Source of the DNA: Candidatus Uhrbacteria bacterium | GTDB lineage: Bacteria; Patescibacteriota; Patescibacteriia; UBA9934 | DNA length: 64,000 bases | Assembly: GCA_903827265.1 (NCBI GenBank) | Contig: CAIKHN010000009.1 | Coordinates: forward strand, 151 to 64,150 | Reading direction: 5' to 3' | In this document: positions 37,655 to 49,860 of the stretch, piece after piece | Position numbering within the stretch: position 1 is the stretch's first letter | How the letters are laid out: the number at the start of each line of letters is the position of its first letter | The notes under the pieces: generated by a model | The model's input: the letters and a program-made list of their open reading frames with translations, nothing else | Database searches by the model: none | Told to the model about the DNA's origin: nothing | Position numbers and translations under genes: made by a program

Positions 37655-38134
37655 ATGAACATGGGTATTGTCGATATTTGCATTACAGTGTTTGCGCTCG
37701 TGTTAGCGCTTGCCGGTTGGCGAAGCGGATTTGTTCGTTCCGTCGGAGGTTTGCTTGCGCTTATCGCGAGCATTGTCGCGTCATTTTATGGTATGAGTTG
37801 GTTGCACGAGACGTACGGATTGTCGTTCGTGGAACATCCGTGGCTTACGATTCTTGCATTTCTTCTGTTGACGTTTGTTGTGGGTAAAATCGCGCAATAT
37901 ATCGTTGAGACACTGGATTTGGTTCGGAGAATCCTCTCGATTATTCCATTTGTGAATTTGTTGAATAACCTTTTAGGTGCAGCATTTGGCGTCGCGCAAG
38001 CTGCGGCAGCTGTTGCGGTGCTGGCGTATGTAACCGTCACGCTTATTCCTCTTGGAGATTTGCGAACATCGCTTCTCTCGTCCGTCGCCGTTGGCCGTGC
38101 AGTCGATATCGAAAGTAATGCGGGGCTCCTCTAG
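37655..38134 (+). CDS. CvpA family membrane protein
   Basis: GWRSGFV, NNLLGAAFG. Confidence 0.82.
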   Translation: MNMGIVDICITVFALVLALAGWRSGFVRSVGGLLALIASIVASFYGMSWLHETYGLSFVEHPWLTILAFLLLTFVVGKIAQYIVETLDLVRRILSIIPFVNLLNNLLGAAFGVAQAAAAVAVLAYVTVTLIPLGDLRTSLLSSVAVGRAVDIESNAGLL

Positions 38135-38138
38135 GACT

Positions 38139-38551
38139 AAGACTCTCCCCTTTCCAAGGGGAGTAGGAGGGGTTGGAGCTACAGGACTTGAATCTGATTC
38201 TTTGAAAAGTTGGGTCGGGAATCGGAAACTGATTCATCCGGGTTGGCTATCCTCATTTTGTGGAGCACATGTCGTTTTTTGACCCTTTTAAACTTCACAC
38301 CACGTTGCGATATGAATCGAAAATCTGAAAATTTCGAAATCAGTTTCAATTAAGTATTGAATATTGGTCGTATTGGTCCAACACGACCTGTGCGTCCACG
38401 CAATAATTAACCACCGTTTCCTTAATGCAAATGAGTTGCGTTAACGAAACACACAGTTTCAAATCGAACACCCCTACTCCCGACACGTCGTTCGCGAACG
38501 ACGTGTCCCGACAAGAGTTTTCCGTTCCCCCCAAAACTATCAAAGAATCAG
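38139..38551 (-). mobile_element. Non-coding element family B, copy 2 (IR-bounded segment 38194-38551, inverted relative to copy 1)
   Basis: Same left hairpin flank as 17686-17731; interior is the reverse complement of 17744-18071. Confidence 0.8.
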
Positions 38552-38573
38552 TTTCATTCTCAGTTCATATCCT

Positions 38574-39434
38574 ATGGAATTCATCGACTCCCACGCGCAT
38601 CTCCATTTTCCTGCATTTAGCGCCGATGGTGCCGAGGTTTTGCAACGAGCTCGCGATAACGGTATCTCGCTGATCACTGTCGGGACGAAATTCGCGACGA
38701 GCGCATCGGGAATTGATTTCGCAGAAAAGTACGACGGTGTGTGGTGCACGATTGGCCTACATCCAGGGCACGTACATGATCACAATTTCGTGGACGAAAA
38801 CGAGGAAACGCACGACAGGCCGACGCCTGAGAGGGAATTCGATGAAGCGCGGTACGAAACACTCGTGAGCCATCCGAAGGTCGTCGCGATCGGCGAATTC
38901 GGTCTCGATTACTCCCGCATTCCGGAGGGCATAGACGTTGAAGAATTCAAGAACGATCAACGGAATGTTGCGCGTCAACAACTGCGGTTCGCAACGAAGC
39001 ACAACAAACCTGTCGTTATCCATTGCCGTGGCGGCGCGACGGCCGATGTTACCGGCGCTCATGATGACATGCGTTCCCTCATCGCTGAGGAGATCAGCAA
39101 AGGAGGAATCGAACGTAGGGGAGTGATTCATTGTTTTACCGGTACGATCGACGACGCGGCGAAATACGCTGAGCTCGGATTCTTGATTTCGATTACCGGA
39201 ATCGTGACTTTTGGAAAGTCCGTTGCATCTGCCGTGAAAGAGATCCCGTTGGCGCAGATGATGATCGAAACCGACTGTCCGTACCTTTCTCCTGTTCCGT
39301 TCCGAGGCAAACGGAACGAGCCGGCAAATGTCGCCCTCGTCGCGCAAACTATCGCAGACCTGAAGGGCGTGAGTTTGGAAGAGGTGGCGAGAGTCACTTC
39401 TGCGAACGCTATAACACTTTTCCGCTTATCTTAG
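38574..39434 (+). CDS. tatD: TatD family DNase
   Basis: DSHAH, GLHP, IGEFGLDY, HCF, ETDCPYL. Confidence 0.94.
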   Translation: MEFIDSHAHLHFPAFSADGAEVLQRARDNGISLITVGTKFATSASGIDFAEKYDGVWCTIGLHPGHVHDHNFVDENEETHDRPTPEREFDEARYETLVSHPKVVAIGEFGLDYSRIPEGIDVEEFKNDQRNVARQQLRFATKHNKPVVIHCRGGATADVTGAHDDMRSLIAEEISKGGIERRGVIHCFTGTIDDAAKYAELGFLISITGIVTFGKSVASAVKEIPLAQMMIETDCPYLSPVPFRGKRNEPANVALVAQTIADLKGVSLEEVARVTSANAITLFRLS

Positions 39435-39504
39435 CCATTCATACGCGCTTCCCCAGCGCAGTGCTTTTAATCTTTATTCGTGTGGGGTATACTCATGCCG
39501 CTTT

Positions 39505-39744
39505 ATGGACGATTTTCGGTCATCAATGCGATTCGCATTGCGCGCGATGGCGGATATCACAGGAACAACCCTTGTCCCAGCATTCGTTGCGGCAATCGTC
39601 GGGAAGTTCCTTGATGCACGCTATGGTACGGGCCGAATTCTGTTCGCGGTGCTGCTTTCGCTGACATTCCTTGGCACCGCGTTCATTCTTGTGAAAAAAG
39701 TTCGGGAGTATGCAAAAGAGTATCAAAAACTCATCGCCCATTAA
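39505..39744 (+). CDS. AtpZ/AtpI family protein
   Basis: Two TM helices, GKFLDARYGT; first gene of the atp operon. Confidence 0.78.
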   Translation: MDDFRSSMRFALRAMADITGTTLVPAFVAAIVGKFLDARYGTGRILFAVLLSLTFLGTAFILVKKVREYAKEYQKLIAH

Positions 39745-40552
39745 CCTCGCGCTTGTTCCGCTTGCTGCGGAACCTATCGCGCACCTTGGCGCATTCCCAA
39801 TCACCAATACCATGGTGAACGCGTGGATTGTGACGGCATTTTTTGTGCTGGTCGCATTCATTGCTACGCGCCGTAAAACCGGCGTACCCCGCGGCATTCA
39901 TAATGCTCTCGAGGCGATTATTGATGTGCTTTCGTCGGAGATTGAAAAGATTGCCGGGAGCCGCAAGCTCGCGCGTCAGTTTTTCCCTTTGATTGCGACA
40001 ATTTTCTTTGTTGTTCTTGCAAACAACTGGCTTGGATTGATTCCTGGCACCGGAACTGTTGGTGTTTATGGAATAATGCACGGTGAAACGGAACTCATTC
40101 CACTCCTTCGTTCTGCGGGAAGCGATTTAAACTTTACGCTTGCGATTGCGGTTGTCGCAGTGGTGTTTTCACACTTTGCGGGCGTTCGTGCGGTTGGCGT
40201 TGTTGATTACTTCAGTAAGTTCGTGAACATTAAAGGAATCTTCAAGGCTATCAAGCACGGCCCGATGGCCATCGTTACTGCGATTATTGAGTTTGGCGTT
40301 GGGCTTATCGAAATTATTGGTGAAGTTGCAAAAACACTCTCCCTGTCACTTCGTTTGTTCGGAAACGTTTTCGCGGGTGAAATTTTGATGACAGTTATGC
40401 TTGGGTTGGCATCGTACGTTGTACCGATTCCATTCATGTTCTTGGAAATTCTCGTTGGCGTTGTGCAAGCAACGGTGTTTGCCATGCTCACATTGGTGTA
40501 TCTCGTCATCGCAACAACGCCTCACGGCGGACATGATGATCATCATGCATAA
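39710..40552 (+). CDS. atpB: ATP synthase subunit a
   Basis: SLSLRLFGNVFAGE, VQATVF; start uncertain. Confidence 0.95.
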   Translation: MQKSIKNSSPINLALVPLAAEPIAHLGAFPITNTMVNAWIVTAFFVLVAFIATRRKTGVPRGIHNALEAIIDVLSSEIEKIAGSRKLARQFFPLIATIFFVVLANNWLGLIPGTGTVGVYGIMHGETELIPLLRSAGSDLNFTLAIAVVAVVFSHFAGVRAVGVVDYFSKFVNIKGIFKAIKHGPMAIVTAIIEFGVGLIEIIGEVAKTLSLSLRLFGNVFAGEILMTVMLGLASYVVPIPFMFLEILVGVVQATVFAMLTLVYLVIATTPHGGHDDHHA

Positions 40553-40620
40553 TTTCGGCATCGTGAGCGAAGGCGATGCGGCGAGGCTCTCGTCGGATCA
40601 CTCTCATTCATGATTCATAA

Positions 40621-40848
<228 letters not shown>

Positions 40849-40923
40849 GTGATGTCGTTACACGCTAGGGGATTCGAGTCTATCGAACCTCTGCGCGTTA
40901 TGAGATCGATTTGATGAACTTCT

Positions 40924-41475
40924 ATGCCAGCAGAAAACGAAACAACAACAGCAACAACATCCGAACAGGCTGAAGTGCCAACCGGTATTCTTGGAACCTT
41001 CGGTATCCGTGGTGATTTGTTTGCAGCACAACTCGTGAACTTTTTGTTGGTACTCGTGGTGTTGTGGCGTTTCGTCTACAAGCCAATTCTTGCAATGCTC
41101 GACAAACGTGAGGCTGCGATTGCACAAAGTGTCAAAGATGTTGAGGAGATTTCTGCACGCATGAAGGTGACGGAAGCAGAGCGTCAAGCAACACTCGCGT
41201 CCGTTACAAAGGAAGCGCAGTCTATTATTGAAAGCGCGATGCGTGAAACCGATGCGCGAAAAAACGAAATGCTCGAAGCGGCAAAGCGTGAAGTTGAGCG
41301 CGTGATTGCGAAAGGAAAAGAACAGCTCGCCGCAGAACGTGAAGCATCACTGATGGCGCTTCGAAAAGATGTCGTCGATATCGCGGTTCGTGCCGCAGCT
41401 AAAATTGTTACCGAAGGTTTGACGGAGAAGAAATCACAGTCGCTTGCTGAAGAGGTTGTGCGAAAGATGACGTAA
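40924..41475 (+). CDS. atpF: ATP synthase subunit b
   Basis: AQLVNFL, YKPILAMLDKR. Confidence 0.94.
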   Translation: MPAENETTTATTSEQAEVPTGILGTFGIRGDLFAAQLVNFLLVLVVLWRFVYKPILAMLDKREAAIAQSVKDVEEISARMKVTEAERQATLASVTKEAQSIIESAMRETDARKNEMLEAAKREVERVIAKGKEQLAAEREASLMALRKDVVDIAVRAAAKIVTEGLTEKKSQSLAEEVVRKMT

Positions 41476-41476
41476 T

Positions 41477-41872
41477 ATGCCAAAACTTACTCCACGCCAT
41501 CTTGCCACCGTGCTCGTCGACGAATGTGTCGACGTCACGCGCGCAGAGCTGGTGAAAATTATCGATGCCTTCGTGGGCGAACTCGCCGCACGAGGCATGA
41601 TGCACAAATGGCGCGACGTCGAACGAGAAATTCACGGAGCCTGGAAGCGAAAGTTTGGCGCCGCGAACGTCACCGTCGTTTCTGCACATCCCCTGACCGT
41701 GGCGATGAGAAAAGCGATCGAGGCAAATGCGCCAGGCGCTGACATTACGGAGCGCATCGACGAACGGTTAATGGGTGGGGCAGTGATCCGTATCGACGAC
41801 CGACGCATCGACGCAAGTGTGGCAGGGATCCTTCAACGTTTGAAACAGTCTCTTGATAGCGCAGCATCTTGA
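41477..41872 (+). CDS. atpH: ATP synthase subunit delta (short)
   Basis: VVSAHPL, LMGGAVIRIDDRRIDAS. Confidence 0.9.
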   Translation: MPKLTPRHLATVLVDECVDVTRAELVKIIDAFVGELAARGMMHKWRDVEREIHGAWKRKFGAANVTVVSAHPLTVAMRKAIEANAPGADITERIDERLMGGAVIRIDDRRIDASVAGILQRLKQSLDSAAS

Positions 41873-41882
41873 ACCCAAATCT

Positions 41883-43391
41883 ATGGCAACCAAAAAAGCA
41901 GACATCATTGCAGTCCTCCGCGAACGCATCGACGAGTTTAAAGTTGAAGCACACGAAGAGCGTGTTGGTACCGTCATGAGCGTATCCGACGGCGTCGCTC
42001 GCTTGTCTGGCCTCGGCAACGCAATGAGCCAGGAAATGATCGACTTCGGCAATGGCGTCTTTGGCGTGGCGTTGAACCTTGAAGAGGAAACCATCGGTGT
42101 CATTATTCTTGGCGATGCAACTGGCGTGAAGGCTGGTGACACTGCGCGAAGCACTGGTCGAATTCTCTCTATTCCTGTTGGTGAAGAAACTGTTGGTCGT
42201 ATTCTCGATCCACTCGGGAACGCTCTCGATGGTAAAGGCGCGCTTTCCACAAAAACACTTGCTCCGGTTGAGAAAGTGGCACCAGGTGTCATGACACGCA
42301 AATCAGTTTCCGTTCCAATGCACACCGGAATTAAAGCAATCGATGCGCTTATTCCTGTTGGCCGTGGTCAGCGCGAGCTTATTATTGGCGATCGTCAAAC
42401 CGGAAAGACTGCCATCGCTATCGACACAATTCTTAACCAGAAAGGCGAGAACGTAAAATGTATTTACGTTGCGATTGGACAGAAGGAATCGAAGGTTGCG
42501 CAAATCATGGCGCGCTTTGAGGCTGCCGGAGCAATGGAATACACAACGATTGTTCTTGCTGGCGCATCTGATCCTGCCGCAATGCAGTACCTCGCGCCAT
42601 ACGCAGGATGCGCGATTGCCGAATACTTCATGGCAAAGGGTGAGGATGTACTTATCGTGTACGATGATTTGAGTAAGCACGCTTGGGCATACCGCGAAAT
42701 TTCCTTGTTGCTCCGCCGTCCACCAGGACGCGAGGCATACCCTGGTGACGTCTTCTATTTGCACTCCCGTTTGCTCGAGCGTTCTGCTCGTTTGAACGAG
42801 GAACACGGTGGAGGAAGCATCACTGCACTTCCAATTATTGAAACGCAGGGAGGCGACGTGTCTGCATATATCCCAACAAACGTTATTTCCATTACCGATG
42901 GACAAATTTACCTCGAATCTGATTTGTTCTACCGCGGTCAGCGCCCAGCACTCAACGTCGGTCTGTCGGTTTCGCGCGTGGGATCATCTGCTCAAACAAA
43001 GGCAATGAAGAACGTCGCAAAGACACTGAAAGTGGACCTTGCGCAGTTCCGTGAGCTCGAAGCATTCGCGCAGTTCGCTTCTGATCTTGACGAAGCAACC
43101 AAGAAGCAGATTGAACGCGGTCGTCGCGCAATGGAACTCATGAAGCAGAAACAATACTCGCCGCTGTCGTTTGCAAAGCAAGCGATCGTCATTTTTGCGC
43201 TGAACAACGGCATGCTCGACGCATTGCCAGTAACGGCGATGCAAAAGTTTGAGGAAGAATGTTTGCGATACTTTGAATCGAGTGGCGCGTCAGTGCTCAA
43301 GGCGATTCTTGAGGCTCGCGATGTCTCTGGTGACGTCAAGGCAAACCTCGAATCTGAACTGAAGAAATTCCTTTCAACGTTCACCGCTTAA
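41883..43391 (+). CDS. atpA: ATP synthase subunit alpha
   Basis: GDRQTGKT, PPGREAYPGDVFYLHSRLLER. Confidence 0.98.
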   Translation: MATKKADIIAVLRERIDEFKVEAHEERVGTVMSVSDGVARLSGLGNAMSQEMIDFGNGVFGVALNLEEETIGVIILGDATGVKAGDTARSTGRILSIPVGEETVGRILDPLGNALDGKGALSTKTLAPVEKVAPGVMTRKSVSVPMHTGIKAIDALIPVGRGQRELIIGDRQTGKTAIAIDTILNQKGENVKCIYVAIGQKESKVAQIMARFEAAGAMEYTTIVLAGASDPAAMQYLAPYAGCAIAEYFMAKGEDVLIVYDDLSKHAWAYREISLLLRRPPGREAYPGDVFYLHSRLLERSARLNEEHGGGSITALPIIETQGGDVSAYIPTNVISITDGQIYLESDLFYRGQRPALNVGLSVSRVGSSAQTKAMKNVAKTLKVDLAQFRELEAFAQFASDLDEATKKQIERGRRAMELMKQKQYSPLSFAKQAIVIFALNNGMLDALPVTAMQKFEEECLRYFESSGASVLKAILEARDVSGDVKANLESELKKFLSTFTA

Positions 43392-43392
43392 T

Positions 43393-45652
<2,260 letters not shown>

Positions 45653-45822
45653 CGAACGAATCAAAGGGTCTCGTATCGCTCGCTGGTGACTCGGGTACAT
45701 GTTTCTTCACTCGCCGCAACGATCGTCACGCCACGACGTCTCGCTCTGCTCGACTGTGGCTGGACGACTGTGCGGTTCGTTGCGAAACATATACCCTCGT
45801 CACTGGCGCTCGCGCCATCCCT
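45653..45822 (-). repeat. Palindromic element family A between atpD and atpC
   Basis: 45675-45814 matches the reverse complement of 10285-10453; head cgaatcaaagggt. Confidence 0.85.
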
Positions 45823-46263
45823 ATGCTTAAACTCAAATACCAAATCGTTACTCCAGAACGCGTCGTCCAAGAAGGCGAGGCGGATTCGATTTCGGTCATG
45901 ACTAGTCAGGGAGAAATCACCGTCCTTCCGCATCACGTGCCGCTGTTAGCGCTCATGAAGGCTGGTGAGATGCGTGTTATGAACGGCGGACAAGAATTAT
46001 TGTTCGCGACGTCGACCGGGCTTTTCGAAGTTCGAGATGGATCGTCGGTTGTTGTGCTGGCGGATACCGCGGAACGGAGTGAGGAACTCGAGCTTGCCGC
46101 GATCGAAACCGCGAAAAAGCAGGCTGAGGAGAATCTCAAAAACATACGGAACTCGAACGATGTTGGTTTCGTCGACGCCGCAGCTCACCTCGAGCGCGAG
46201 CTTGCTCGGTACCGTGTAGCTCTAAAGAAAGGGAAGGCGAAATATCACCGAACCGAAGCATAA
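45823..46263 (+). CDS. atpC: ATP synthase subunit epsilon
   Basis: IVTPER, GEITVLPHH, LADTAER. Confidence 0.95.
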   Translation: MLKLKYQIVTPERVVQEGEADSISVMTSQGEITVLPHHVPLLALMKAGEMRVMNGGQELLFATSTGLFEVRDGSSVVVLADTAERSEELELAAIETAKKQAEENLKNIRNSNDVGFVDAAAHLERELARYRVALKKGKAKYHRTEA

Positions 46264-46292
46264 CGGGGTCAGGTCTTTACCTTTTACTTTTT
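46262..46292 (+). repeat. REP-like motif C (acggggtcaggtctttaccttttactttt)
   Basis: Exact copy at 54344; variants at 48010 (-), 55194 (+), 55306 (-). Confidence 0.85.
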
Positions 46293-46372
46293 ACACAAAA
46301 CATCTGCGTGATTGCAGATGTTTTGTGTTTATCGTTGATATTTGCTACATTCCTCGAGCTCAAGGGGTTCCC

Positions 46373-46708
46373 ATGTCTTCGTATACGCTTCGTCTGATCC
46401 TCGTCACGTTGTCCGCCCAGAACGAAAAGGAGGAGGTTTACTTCGCGAGGTATCTCAAAGAAGGATTCCTTATCGCCGCTGAAACCAAAGAGGCCGTGTC
46501 GGCGCTGCTCGTCATTCCACGTGAGGCGTTCGAGGCGCGTCTGAAGGATGCGGTCAGTGAAGAACGCGCGTTCACGGAATCCGAGGACCGGGTTCGCGAA
46601 GTCTGGCGGGCGGTGGACAGGCTCTATTCGCCGAAGGATGGGGTCAAGATCGTCCGGTTCGAAATTGTTCAGTTCAGTATGGCAGAGACGACGGAACTTC
46701 CGCTCTGA
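46373..46708 (+). CDS. Hypothetical protein (orphan)
   Basis: ORF followed by hairpin 46734-46756. Confidence 0.6.
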   Translation: MSSYTLRLILVTLSAQNEKEEVYFARYLKEGFLIAAETKEAVSALLVIPREAFEARLKDAVSEERAFTESEDRVREVWRAVDRLYSPKDGVKIVRFEIVQFSMAETTELPL

Positions 46709-46849
46709 CCGCACTCTGCACCGTCCTGACGAAGGACCGCGTGCGAGTGCGGTCCTTTCGTTTTGCGACACTTGTAGAAAGGGTTTTTACGTCGCCTCAT
46801 TCTTGAACTTCCTGTAACTTCGTGGTGAAATTGTGCGCGGAGACTGACC

Positions 46850-47383
46850 ATGGAAATCAGTGGGTACCTCGGCCCCGAGGTGAAAAAAGGGGGTTTGTTG
46901 GTAACGATGGAAAAGTGCATGCTCGACATCAGCAGGATTCACCTGAATGTTCAGGCGTGTGTTCGGGAGGTGGAGTCCACGTTGGGACGCTACTGTCGAG
47001 GGGCGTCAGGACTGGCACAATACGTCGTCAATGCGCCTGTGTTCGTCGTCCGTCTCGGTGACGGCCATTCGCCGGAGCTCTTGGAACGCCTTCGACTCGT
47101 GTACGCCACCGGCAAACGGCCTTGGCCGTTCGTGGGCGTCTGGGCATCGAACGGACATGCAGTCATCGTGCTCCTTGGAGAGGGAGCCGAATCTGGTGCC
47201 TCGACCTTGACGGCGATTCGGCGGATGATGCATCTCTTCGGACGGAACGAACGTGCTTCATTCTTCACATCGCGCTCCATCGATCCAAAACTTCACGAAA
47301 CGCTCGGAATCGTGAAAGACGAAATCCAGGGGAATCGAGAAGGCGGACTTCCGGCGTTCTGGTATCAACTCATTCCGGTGTGA
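46850..47383 (+). CDS. Hypothetical protein (orphan)
   Basis: GGAG upstream of ATG; followed by terminator. Confidence 0.62.
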   Translation: MEISGYLGPEVKKGGLLVTMEKCMLDISRIHLNVQACVREVESTLGRYCRGASGLAQYVVNAPVFVVRLGDGHSPELLERLRLVYATGKRPWPFVGVWASNGHAVIVLLGEGAESGASTLTAIRRMMHLFGRNERASFFTSRSIDPKLHETLGIVKDEIQGNREGGLPAFWYQLIPV

Positions 47384-47393
47384 CATCGACGAC

Positions 47394-47438
47394 AAACGGG
47401 GAGGGCTTGCGCGGCGAGCCCTCCTTTCGGTTTGCGAA
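47394..47438 (+). terminator. Terminator-containing 45-bp direct repeat, copy 1
   Basis: Identical to 47967-48011. Confidence 0.85.
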
Positions 47439-47481
47439 GGGAAGAATCCCTGGTACTCTTTTGGTGTTCACAGAGGAATGC

Positions 47482-47961
47482 ATGACACGAGATCAAGCGA
47501 TTCGGCTCGTCATCGATGGAACTGTCGCGCTCGAAGAAGGGGCCTCAAAAATCGACATTACGCTGATTCGAAAACCGGACCATCCGGAAAAACTCGAACG
47601 CGATTACCGACAGCGCGGATGGATGGTCGCGAGGTGGAGGGAGTGTCAGATGGACGACGGTGCAGGACTGTTTCATCTTCGCCGCAAGAGTGGAGAGGAG
47701 ACTGAGGCGGAGGCGCTGTTCAATCTGTTCGAACGCGACGAGTGGTTCGACGGAAGAAAGAGGTGGGAAAACCGCGAGCTCCTTGCCGGCGGGGTCGGCG
47801 CGAATCCCGGCGAACTCACGAGTCAGCTGGATGTACTGTTCGCTTCGGTTCCCTCAGACGCTGTGAAGGGTCGGAGGGGATGGAAGGTTACGGAAATCGC
47901 AGAAACGAAGGAACACGGAACGGTGCTCGTCAAAATTCAGAGAACCGATCCAACGAAATGA
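47482..47961 (+). CDS. Hypothetical protein (orphan)
   Basis: GAGG upstream of ATG 47482; bounded by the 45-bp repeats. Confidence 0.62.
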   Translation: MTRDQAIRLVIDGTVALEEGASKIDITLIRKPDHPEKLERDYRQRGWMVARWRECQMDDGAGLFHLRRKSGEETEAEALFNLFERDEWFDGRKRWENRELLAGGVGANPGELTSQLDVLFASVPSDAVKGRRGWKVTEIAETKEHGTVLVKIQRTDPTK

Positions 47962-47966
47962 CGGAG

Positions 47967-48011
47967 AAACGGGGAGGGCTTGCGCGGCGAGCCCTCCTTT
48001 CGGTTTGCGAA
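47967..48011 (+). terminator. Terminator-containing 45-bp direct repeat, copy 2
   Basis: Identical to 47394-47438. Confidence 0.85.
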
Positions 48012-48039
48012 AAAGTAAAAAGTAAAGACCTGGCCCCGT
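48010..48039 (-). repeat. REP-like motif C, inverted copy
   Basis: aaaaagtaaaaagtaaagacctggccccgt. Confidence 0.8.
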
Positions 48040-48132
48040 CGTGTGACGGGTGGACAACCGGCTTGATGAACTTGGCGCTAAACCATACACTTCGCCTGAT
48101 GTATTCGTGATTATTTTGTAATTTCGCGTCTT

Positions 48133-49851
48133 ATGACACCGCTCGAGAATTCACTGTACGTTGCCAGCGTGGCTCCGGTGCTTGCAATTGTTGTATCGAC
48201 GGTCCTTCGTCCGGCGGTTTCCGCACGATGGAACGCTATTCTCCTTGCGCTTTCTGGCATTGGAGGCGTTGTGGCTGGCGCGTACGGAGCGGTCGCGGAA
48301 ACGCCATTTACCATGGCTGTGCCGATGTTTTACGGGATGACGATCGCGTTGGATCGCTTCAGTGCGATCTTTTTTCTTGGCATTTCTCTCGCTATTGCTG
48401 TCGCTGGATTGTGCGCGCTGTCGCAGATCGGAAAACATCATGACGCGGGCAACGTTCGAATGCTGGGTATTCTCGGTGGTTTGCTCGTTGTAAGTCTTCA
48501 ATGGACGCTTCTTGCTGGGAATATTATTGGTTTCGTGACTGCGTGGGCAACCATGATGCTTGCTGCATTTTTGTTGCAGCGTATTGTCCGCAATACTGCG
48601 GAGACGACAGGACTTCAATTCCTTGCAATCGCGCAAGTGAGCACTATTGCAATTGCGTCGGGATTGTTTGTTCTTTCATCTGGTGCACTCTTTAGCGACT
48701 TTGGGACGTTGGCATATGTCGCTGGTCAGTTGAGTGTCACCAATCTCATTGTTGCGTACGGTTTACTGTTTCTGGGCTTTGCGGCGGCAATGGGAGCGTT
48801 CCCGTTCCATCGAGGATTCATTTCTGCGGTAACACATGTTCCCGCACACATTGCAGTCCTTTTTCGTGGTGGGCTCTCTGGTGTTGCATTGTACGGATTT
48901 ATTCGGTGCATCTTGTTTATCCTCCCCCCACTTTCCATTTGGTACTCGCTTCCTGTTGCGGTGATTGGAGCGCTCACAATGCTCTGTGGAGCGTTCTGCG
49001 CATTGAATGAGAAGAGTGTACAACGTATCGTCGCGTATCTCAGCGTGTCGAGTATTGGATTGACGGCATTGATGGTTGCTGGCGCGATGGCATTTCAGGC
49101 ATTGGCAATTTATGACGCCATGAATGTCATGCTCTTTGCAGCATTCATTCAACTCACTATTAACGTCATTGCGACGTCAGGGCTTTTCCTTGTGGCTGAT
49201 GTTATTGGATCTGATCTTCATACGAGCGGAGGCCTTGCAAAGACGTTGCCAAAATTTACCATCACGACGTTCGTACTTCTGTTTGGAACGGTTGGTTTTC
49301 CACCGTCTGCAGCGTTCACAAGCATCTGGATGGCTGGTAGCACATTCCAAGCAATGTTCTCGAGTGCTCCTGTTGCTGCCATTGCGCTCCTTGTCGTTGG
49401 GATTCTCTCAATATTCCTCATGATTGCCGCAATTCTTCGCGTCATTATCGGCGTGTTCTTCGGAGAGTCGCGTGGCGGCGTGGATGCGCGTGTCTCCGAG
49501 CCATCTGACGCGCAACTTGCTCCAATCGTTCTTCTTGCGCTTCTTACATTCGTGAGTGGCTTTGCACTCCCACAGCTTCTGGTGTCCATCGGCGCAGATC
49601 CACTCACAGACTCCGCAGGAACATTTAACGGGGGAATCGTGACTGCATTCGGGACATTGCGTATGGGAACAATTGGGCTGCTCGTGCTCGGTATTGGGGG
49701 CGTAAAATGGTATTTCCGCGACAGCATTTTGGAGCGATTGCCGTCGTTCGAGACCATCGAGAAATGGCGACTGTCCTGCATGAATCGCATGTCCTTCGGA
49801 AGCAAATTCACGAAACTTTGGAACGGTGCGCTTGAAAAATTACGTCGCTAA
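48133..49851 (+). CDS. Proton-conducting antiporter-like membrane subunit (HyfB/NuoL-M-N superfamily), divergent
   Basis: LDRFSAIF, GAFPFH, YGFIR, RIVAYLS, GGLAKTLP, GFPP. Confidence 0.8.
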   Translation: MTPLENSLYVASVAPVLAIVVSTVLRPAVSARWNAILLALSGIGGVVAGAYGAVAETPFTMAVPMFYGMTIALDRFSAIFFLGISLAIAVAGLCALSQIGKHHDAGNVRMLGILGGLLVVSLQWTLLAGNIIGFVTAWATMMLAAFLLQRIVRNTAETTGLQFLAIAQVSTIAIASGLFVLSSGALFSDFGTLAYVAGQLSVTNLIVAYGLLFLGFAAAMGAFPFHRGFISAVTHVPAHIAVLFRGGLSGVALYGFIRCILFILPPLSIWYSLPVAVIGALTMLCGAFCALNEKSVQRIVAYLSVSSIGLTALMVAGAMAFQALAIYDAMNVMLFAAFIQLTINVIATSGLFLVADVIGSDLHTSGGLAKTLPKFTITTFVLLFGTVGFPPSAAFTSIWMAGSTFQAMFSSAPVAAIALLVVGILSIFLMIAAILRVIIGVFFGESRGGVDARVSEPSDAQLAPIVLLALLTFVSGFALPQLLVSIGADPLTDSAGTFNGGIVTAFGTLRMGTIGLLVLGIGGVKWYFRDSILERLPSFETIEKWRLSCMNRMSFGSKFTKLWNGALEKLRR

Positions 49852-49860
49852 TTTTTTCCT

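Noticed and set aside
46262-48039. CRISPR array or classical integron
   Set aside because: Repeats are not regularly spaced with short spacers; no cas or intI gene; hairpins lack recognisable attC R''/R' boxes.
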